Positions 56,877 through 64,000 of a stretch of 64,000 nt of DNA are shown here, piece after piece. Location of the stretch: contig CP060759.1 in NCBI GenBank assembly GCA_023205875.1, positions 372,001-436,000 of the forward strand, given 5' to 3'. This DNA comes from Chloropicon primus. Its lineage: Eukaryota. The position numbers were made by a program, and so were the translations under genes. The notes beneath the pieces are model-generated. The model saw nothing but the letters and a program-made list of their open reading frames with translations, ran no database searches and was not told the origin of the DNA. Position 1 is the stretch's first letter. Each line of letters begins with the position of its first letter.

Positions 56877-57435
56877 GCCGCCCACCCCGCCGAGCCCAAC
56901 GCCCAATCCCTCCCCCTTGACCTTGCCCTCGTCCTCGAGGGCAACTTCCCCTTGGCTCCCTCTCCCTCTCCCTAAATCCTCACCACAGCGTCGCCTCCAA
57001 CGAGGGAGGGCTCTTTCGAAAGCCCACGACGAGACCCTTCCGCCTGTCTACCCCCTGCCTTTCCCTCTCCCCTGAAGCTCCCTCCCCCCGCCAAGGTGCC
57101 TCACCAGCTCCGTCCCGTCCTCTTCTCCTCTTCTCCCTCGCCGTCGCCATCGATTTTGAAACCCACAATACGACAGAGGAGCGGTAGGTGTCCATCCAAA
57201 GGTGGTGAGTTAGAGCGATGCGGAGGACGAGGGCGACGGGCAGGACAGATCTGAAGTGCATCAGTCGAAGCACGGCGTCTTCTTCTTTCGTGTGACTCCT
57301 TGGTGGACGAGAGCGGCGTCTTGGGGAGGTTTTGGGGGGCTACTGACCGGTTGTGGTGTGTCTTGGTCTTGTGTTTTCCTCTTTCAAAGCTTGTGGGTGC
57401 TGGGAAGTGTGCTGCCTGCCTGTGAGGTCGGGACG

Positions 57436-58122
57436 ATGACGGTGGCAAGTAATGCGGAGGCTCTGCGTGACGCTTTGGATGACCAGGTTGTCCTGGAGTC
57501 GGAGCTTTGGCGAGCCATATCGACGCAGGAAGGGGAGACGAACGCGTTGGTGGGGTCCTTCAACTCAGCTCATATGAAAGCCTTTCGAGATACGCACAAC
57601 ACCTTGACGGGTTTTCTGGACGACTTGGAGCTGAGAGAGCTTCAGCTGAGGGAGCTGGCCGTTCTCGACGAGTTTGAGCGCAGGGTGCAGGAGTCCACGG
57701 AGTACCAAGCCGACCTGAGGACGGGACTTTGTTCGACTGTGCAAGAGGCGAGGGACAACTTTGCGGAGACCTTGAAGGCAGACCTGGAGGAGACAAAGAG
57801 AGCCAAGGCCAATGAGGCTTCCGCCAAGTGCAACAGAAACGGAGGCGCGCCGCTTGTGGTGCGAGGGATGCTGAAGCTCGTCCGCGTCGCCGTCGCTGGC
57901 GTCCTACCGTTGTTTCTGGCAAAAGAAGCGTTTCGAGTGAGCCAAAACTCGGGCGGCTTGAGACTGAATCAGATCAGCGCCCTGATGGACAGAATGGGAA
58001 GGAGACGCTCGGACTCAGGTTACGAGGAAGACGATGAGGATGAGACCATACACTCGCTGCCCGCCATCGCGATTCCCACTTGCGGGACAAGGGATACGGT
58101 GATGTCCACGACGTTCTACTAG
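57436..58122 (+). CDS. Hypothetical coiled-coil protein with one hydrophobic segment
   Basis: ORF with coding-like composition; no recognised motif. Confidence 0.55.
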   Translation: MTVASNAEALRDALDDQVVLESELWRAISTQEGETNALVGSFNSAHMKAFRDTHNTLTGFLDDLELRELQLRELAVLDEFERRVQESTEYQADLRTGLCSTVQEARDNFAETLKADLEETKRAKANEASAKCNRNGGAPLVVRGMLKLVRVAVAGVLPLFLAKEAFRVSQNSGGLRLNQISALMDRMGRRRSDSGYEEDDEDETIHSLPAIAIPTCGTRDTVMSTTFY

Positions 58123-58231
58123 GTGACGAGGCCGACGCGCAACGCGTTGTGTCTGAGGAGGGAGAACTGTTCTTGTAAAAGAGGCCCATTTTTCATACAT
58201 AATGTATGTATATATATATATATATATATTA

Positions 58232-59268
<1,037 letters not shown>

Positions 59269-59397
59269 TCAAGAATCAAGTTCTCTTCTGGAGGGGAGGG
59301 GAGGGGGTTGTTCTCCAAGTACTCGATGTGAGAATGCGAGAATGATTTCTCTTGCGGAGTACATTACAAAATAATCGCATGGGTGAGCTCTAGTGCT

Positions 59398-61194
59398 CTA
59401 GTGCTCATAGTCATCGTGAATATACTTTTTGAGTTTCGTGCTCAACTTTGGCTGCCTCAACTTGTTCAGGGCCCTCGCTTCCATTTGCCTCACCCTCTCC
59501 CTCGTCAGACCGTAGGCCGCGCCGATGTCTACGAGAGAGAGGCACATGTCATCGATGGGGGTCAGGCCGAACCTCATCCTCAAGATGTTCCTCTCCCTCG
59601 GCGGGAGCATCTTGAGGACGGCGTCAACGTCGTCCTGGAGAATCTTTTCGTACAGCTCCGAGTCCAGGTTGTCCCCAACGTCGTACGACTGCGACACCGT
59701 CAGGGCGTCCTCAATGTTGCCGTTCCCGTTACTCGAGCTGGAAGCCATGATGTCCAGCGGCTTCGAGTCCTGCGAGGAGTTGTTGTTGTTCGCCCCGCAC
59801 AAGACCTCGAGCGAGATCGCCGTCCTCGTCGACTCCAGCACGTTCTGCAGCTTGTTCACCTTGCAGTCCATCAGGTCGGCGAGCTCCTCGACCGAGTACT
59901 TGATCCTCCCCTTCCCGGCCTCCCTCTGAATCTTGTTCATCTTCTGAAAGGTGTCCGTGATGTGGACGGGGAGCCTCACGTCCCTCGAGTAGTTGCAAAT
60001 TCCCCTGATCAGACTCTGCTTGATCCACCACGTCGCGTACGTGCTGAACTTCAGGTTCCTGCTCAGGTCGAACTTCTCGATGGCGGTGAGCAGGCCCTGG
60101 ATCCCCTCCTGCACCAGGTCGCCCAAGGACACCCCCTTCCCCCTGTACCTGTGCGCCAGGTGAACGACGAGCCTGACGTTGTGGTCCAGCATGAACCTCC
60201 TCGCCTCCATCGCCTCCGTGTGCTTCTGCCTCAGCCTGGCGGGCGAAATCTTCTTTTGCCCTGGCTTGACGGACTTGTTGATCATCGCGGCGAGCCTGTC
60301 GTAGCTCGGGACGCTCGCGGCCGAGCCGTCCCCCAGAGCCTCCTGCACCGCGTTCTCGACCACGAAGCAGAACTGGGCCTTCTCAATGAGGCGCGCCTCC
60401 TCCTCCCTCGAGAGCAGGGAGAGGTGCCTCCGCTCCTGAAGGAGGGTCGTCACCGCGTCCGCGCTCGACGACGTGGACGCCACCGAGAGTGACTCCTCGG
60501 AGGACTTGGACACAAACTCGGGGGAGAACGCCGCGGCGTGACCCTCGAGACCCCGGGCAGCCCCGGCGCCGCCCTTCTTCCCCGCCGACTTGCTTCGAGG
60601 GGAGGCCCGCTTCCTCGGCCGGCCCCTCCCCTTCCCCTTCGAGGCCTTGGCCTTGGCCCCCTCGCTCTCCCCGCCAACCTCAGCGGCACGAGCGGACGAC
60701 GAGGAAGGCCTCTGGAGGCTCGTCCTGTAGCGGTCCCGGCGCAAGCGCGCGGGCGTCGCCGTCGACGACGGCGCGGAGGGCGAGGAGGACTTTGGCCCCG
60801 CCGCACCCGCCCTGCTCCCCTCCGCGTCCACTGCCAGGCTCTTCTCGTGCTCGTCTATGCGTTCCAAAATCTCCTCGAGCTGCCTCCTCTCGTTCAGGAG
60901 CTTGGTCCTCTCCTTCTCGAAGTCGAAGTCCATGAAGACGTCGCCCTTACGGCGAGCGGCTCCGCTGCCGCTGTCCTCCCCCTCCGCATCCTCAAAGAAA
61001 ACAAGCTCCACCTCCTCCTCGACGCTCCTCGCCTGGTCCACGATGAGCCCGGCTTGCGCCCGCTTGTTCCTGTTCCCCGAAGCCCGCAGCGCCGTGCACG
61101 ACTCGCCCCTGCTCCTCCTCCCTCCCACCACTTCCCTCCCCATAACGCACGCCCTCGCCGTGGCCGAAGCCCTCACCCCAGGCGCCATGGCCAT
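59398..61194 (-). CDS. Nuclear-encoded plastid RNA polymerase sigma-70 factor
   Basis: NVRLVVHLA, DLVQEGIQGL, KFSTYATWWIKQ, GLTRERVRQME; transit-peptide-like N-terminus. Confidence 0.93.
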   Translation of the reverse strand: MAMAPGVRASATARACVMGREVVGGRRSRGESCTALRASGNRNKRAQAGLIVDQARSVEEEVELVFFEDAEGEDSGSGAARRKGDVFMDFDFEKERTKLLNERRQLEEILERIDEHEKSLAVDAEGSRAGAAGPKSSSPSAPSSTATPARLRRDRYRTSLQRPSSSSARAAEVGGESEGAKAKASKGKGRGRPRKRASPRSKSAGKKGGAGAARGLEGHAAAFSPEFVSKSSEESLSVASTSSSADAVTTLLQERRHLSLLSREEEARLIEKAQFCFVVENAVQEALGDGSAASVPSYDRLAAMINKSVKPGQKKISPARLRQKHTEAMEARRFMLDHNVRLVVHLAHRYRGKGVSLGDLVQEGIQGLLTAIEKFDLSRNLKFSTYATWWIKQSLIRGICNYSRDVRLPVHITDTFQKMNKIQREAGKGRIKYSVEELADLMDCKVNKLQNVLESTRTAISLEVLCGANNNNSSQDSKPLDIMASSSSNGNGNIEDALTVSQSYDVGDNLDSELYEKILQDDVDAVLKMLPPRERNILRMRFGLTPIDDMCLSLVDIGAAYGLTRERVRQMEARALNKLRQPKLSTKLKKYIHDDYEH

Positions 61195-62279
61195 ACGCCA
61201 CCCTCTTCCCTTCCCTCCTCGACCGAGCAACGGACCCCACCCCTCGATCAAGGGGTCAAACGAAAGCTCGCGAGACAACCTTTCCACCCAACTCCCTCTC
61301 CCCTCCCCCTTCGCCTTCGCCTCCGCTCCAGTCCGCGCGAGACCTCCGCCTCTGTCCTTCCCTTCTCTCTCCCCGTGCTCGCCCGGGTTGAGGGTTCTGA
61401 GCCAAGCAATAAAAACGAAGAAAAAAGATCTCGCTCCGCGTTAACAAGGCAAAGCTACTCTGGACAGGACGATGAGGCGGAGGTCCAAAAAAATCTGGAT
61501 AACGATAGAACGATAACGCCAGAGCTTGAAGGAGCAGGAAGAACGAGAACGCCAAGCAGGGTTCCGGTTCCTTCTGCGTGACTACAATCGCGATGGCGAC
61601 GCGTATCGGTAAGCAAACACTGAGGAGAAGCGCACTGACTTCCCTTGACCACGTTCTTCTCCTTCTTTTTTCTCTTTCCTGGTCTTTTTGTACCTCTTGG
61701 AGAACCTCCTCTCCTCCAAGGACCAAGGGGGACAGACAGGCGATGGAGGACGACACCGAGACGCCAAGACAGAAAGGTGAGCGCACCCGCGGGCGAGAAG
61801 CCGGCTCACATCGTGAAGGTCATTGAGAGCCAAATGGATGCAGAGAGACAGAATGCTACCATTGCGGTAAGGCCCAAAGAAACACCCTTTGGGGGGTGGT
61901 CCACCCCGGGTGGATGATCACTTTTGGGCTTCACCTGCAGTCTTTTGAAGCTTTGGTCGCTCTTGTCCCCTCGCGGACAATGCCTCGAACCTCAGCAACG
62001 ACGAGCGGGCCCACCGTCCTCCTCTGGTTTGTTGCTGAGGTCATTACTCTTTGTTGCTGTTCACTTAGAATAGTTCAAGCAAGGGAGCAAGGAAAAAAAA
62101 AAAAAAGGATTCGAAGACGTCCGAGAGTTTGGAGAAGAGTGTTACGATCGGGAAACGCGTTCTTTGATTTTATTCTGGGTCGCGCCTCCCCTCCCCCTCC
62201 TCGCGCAAGGCCTCGCTCGATCTGTTTCTTCTTCTTCTGTCTGGTGGATTTCTCCCTTCCGCTGCATCATAACGGCCCG

Positions 62280-62563
62280 AGGCAACGAGCCACCGCCTTG
62301 TGATTGGAGCGAGTACACTTGTAAAGCAGCAGCTTTGGGAGGTCACCTTGATGTTCTGAAGTGGGCTCGAAGCCCGGATCCGCCTTGCCCTTGGAACGAG
62401 GAGACTTGTGAATGGGCAGCTCAATATTGGTCACCTTGATGTTCTCAAGTGGCTTCCAAGCCAGGACCCGCCTTGCCCTTGGAACCGAAACAGTTGCATA
62501 AGAGAGGCGAATTCCTTTCACCACCCACACGTCATCGATTGGATGGTCAAGGCTAATTCTTAA
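62280..62563 (+). pseudogene. Ankyrin-like repeat fragment with a frameshift
   Basis: PPCDWSEYTCKAAALGGHLDVLKWARSPDPPCPWNEETCEWAAQY, +1 shift at ~62428, then GHLDVLKWLPSQDPPCPWNRNSC...HVIDWM*. Confidence 0.75.
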
Positions 62564-62956
62564 CCAAGACAATGTCTCACGACGGCCTTGTCATCGACCT
62601 TAGTTTTCCTTCCTGATTCCTCCTCCTCTGTCTGGTGGATTTCTTCCCCTTCCGCTGCATCAGATAATGGGCGATCACGAGTGCGAACTAAGGATAAGGT
62701 CTCCAAAACGTCTGATGGTGTTTCTTTCTTCGTCTGCATCGCTCTTTCTTCCTTTTCCTCTCTTCCCGGCCGGCCCTTCCTCATCGAGTCCATCGAGTCG
62801 TCCTGCATCGACGGCCTCTCAACCTCATCATCATCCTCATCCGTTTGTAATCCGTTGGCCAGACTCCGCTCCGCACGTGACGACGGCTTTTGACGACGGC
62901 GGAGGAGAGACGAGAGAGAGAGAGAAGAGCGCGCGCGCGTGCGGGTGTAGAGGAAG

Positions 62957-64000
62957 ATGAAGGTTTTCTCGGTCCACTCGAGGTTTCCCGAGAAGGGTGT
63001 TAGGGCCACCACGACCGCCCCCGTCGTCGGTTTGCCTTTACCTTTACGACAACAACGACGGAGGAGGAAGTACGTGACCGGTGGACCGGCAACCCAGCAC
63101 GTCGTTCAGCACGTCGTCGTCCCTCGCGCGTCTTCGTCGTACTCGGCGTCGTCCTCGTCCAAGGGGAAGAAGGCCACCTCGTCGTCCTCGTCGTCCTCGT
63201 CGTCCTCGTCGCAGCAGCGGCAGCAGCAGCAGGGGTTGGAGCACAGCAGGCAGCAGAAGAGCATCAAGGGGTGCGACGTTCTGGTGGAGTCGCTGGTGAG
63301 GGAAGGGGTGGACGTGGTGTTCGCCTACCCAGGAGGAGCGAGCATGGAGATCCACCAGGCTCTGACGAGGCAGGAGGCCAACATCACGAACGTGCTTTGC
63401 CGCCACGAGCAGGGGGAGGTGTTCGCCGCGGAGGGCTACGCCAAGGTCACGGGGAAGGTGGGCGTTTGCATCGCCACGAGCGGACCGGGAGCGACGAACC
63501 TCGTCACCGGGATAGCTGACGCCATGCTGGACTCCGTGCCCATGGTCGCGATCACTGGCCAGGTCCCCAGGCGAATGATAGGGACGGACGCCTTCCAGGA
63601 GACTCCGACCGTGGAGATAACGAGGCCTATCACCAAGCACAACTACCTCGTGATGGACATCAAGGACATCCCGAGGGTGGTGAGCGAGGCCTTTTACCTC
63701 GCAAAGTCTGGGAGGCCGGGGCCGGTTCTCATCGACATCCCCAAGGACGTGCAGCAGCAGATGATGAGCGCACACGAGATCGACACCGCGTTCGAGCCCT
63801 CGAAGATGCTCGAGTACTACAGCAAGCGCCTGCCTGAGCCCCCGACGAACGGTCTCCTTCTCGACGTGGCCAGGGCGATCGCGAGCGCTGAGAGGCCCAT
63901 GCTGTACGTGGGTGGCGGGTGCGTCGACTCGGCGGACGAGCTCGCGAGGTTCGTGGAGCTCACGGGAATTCCGGTGGCGCAGACGCTGATGGGTCTCGGT
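62957..64000 (+). CDS. ALS: Acetolactate synthase large subunit, plastid (partial, runs off window end)
   Basis: [71 protein letters not shown]. Confidence 0.96.
   Translation, partial: MKVFSVHSRFPEKGVRATTTAPVVGLPLPLRQQRRRRKYVTGGPATQHVVQHVVVPRASSSYSASSSSKGKKATSSSSSSSSSSSQQRQQQQGLEHSRQQKSIKGCDVLVESLVREGVDVVFAYPGGASMEIHQALTRQEANITNVLCRHEQGEVFAAEGYAKVTGKVGVCIATSGPGATNLVTGIADAMLDSVPMVAITGQVPRRMIGTDAFQETPTVEITRPITKHNYLVMDIKDIPRVVSEAFYLAKSGRPGPVLIDIPKDVQQQMMSAHEIDTAFEPSKMLEYYSKRLPEPPTNGLLLDVARAIASAERPMLYVGGGCVDSADELARFVELTGIPVAQTLMGLG

Noticed and set aside
63320..63610. Herbicide-resistance substitutions in ALS
   Set aside because: The visible motifs (GGASM, GQVPRR, TDAFQ) carry the usual wild-type residues.

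Overview
This is a gene-dense, GC-rich eukaryotic window with short GT-AG introns and many microsatellites. Plastid-targeted genes (sigma factor, ALS, ARASP, PHT4), myosin XI and an 'GGHLxVLKW..DPPCPW' ankyrin-like fragment point to a compact green-algal nuclear genome; Chloropicon-like is my inference. About 30 mostly housekeeping genes are recognisable. The stand-out feature is a ~2.4 kb non-autonomous IS607-type element (~31173-33562, minus strand). It encodes a Fanzor2/TnpB-like RNA-guided nuclease with Fanzor-type RuvC motifs, a Zn ribbon and a Lys-rich putative NLS, broken by two frameshifts. A strand-specific structured RNA (candidate omegaRNA) follows the gene and ends at a GG dinucleotide. 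The element appears to have inserted exactly into a splice donor. Other points of interest are a ~2.3 kb AT-rich island (candidate centromere or intron-rich gene), an internal (TTTTAGGG)4 array in a divergent promoter, flagellar/centriolar genes (IFT74, POC5), an HMG-box protein fused to a plant-like uncharacterised domain, and an ankyrin-like pseudogene flanked by direct repeats. All family assignments come from motif recognition, not database searches.
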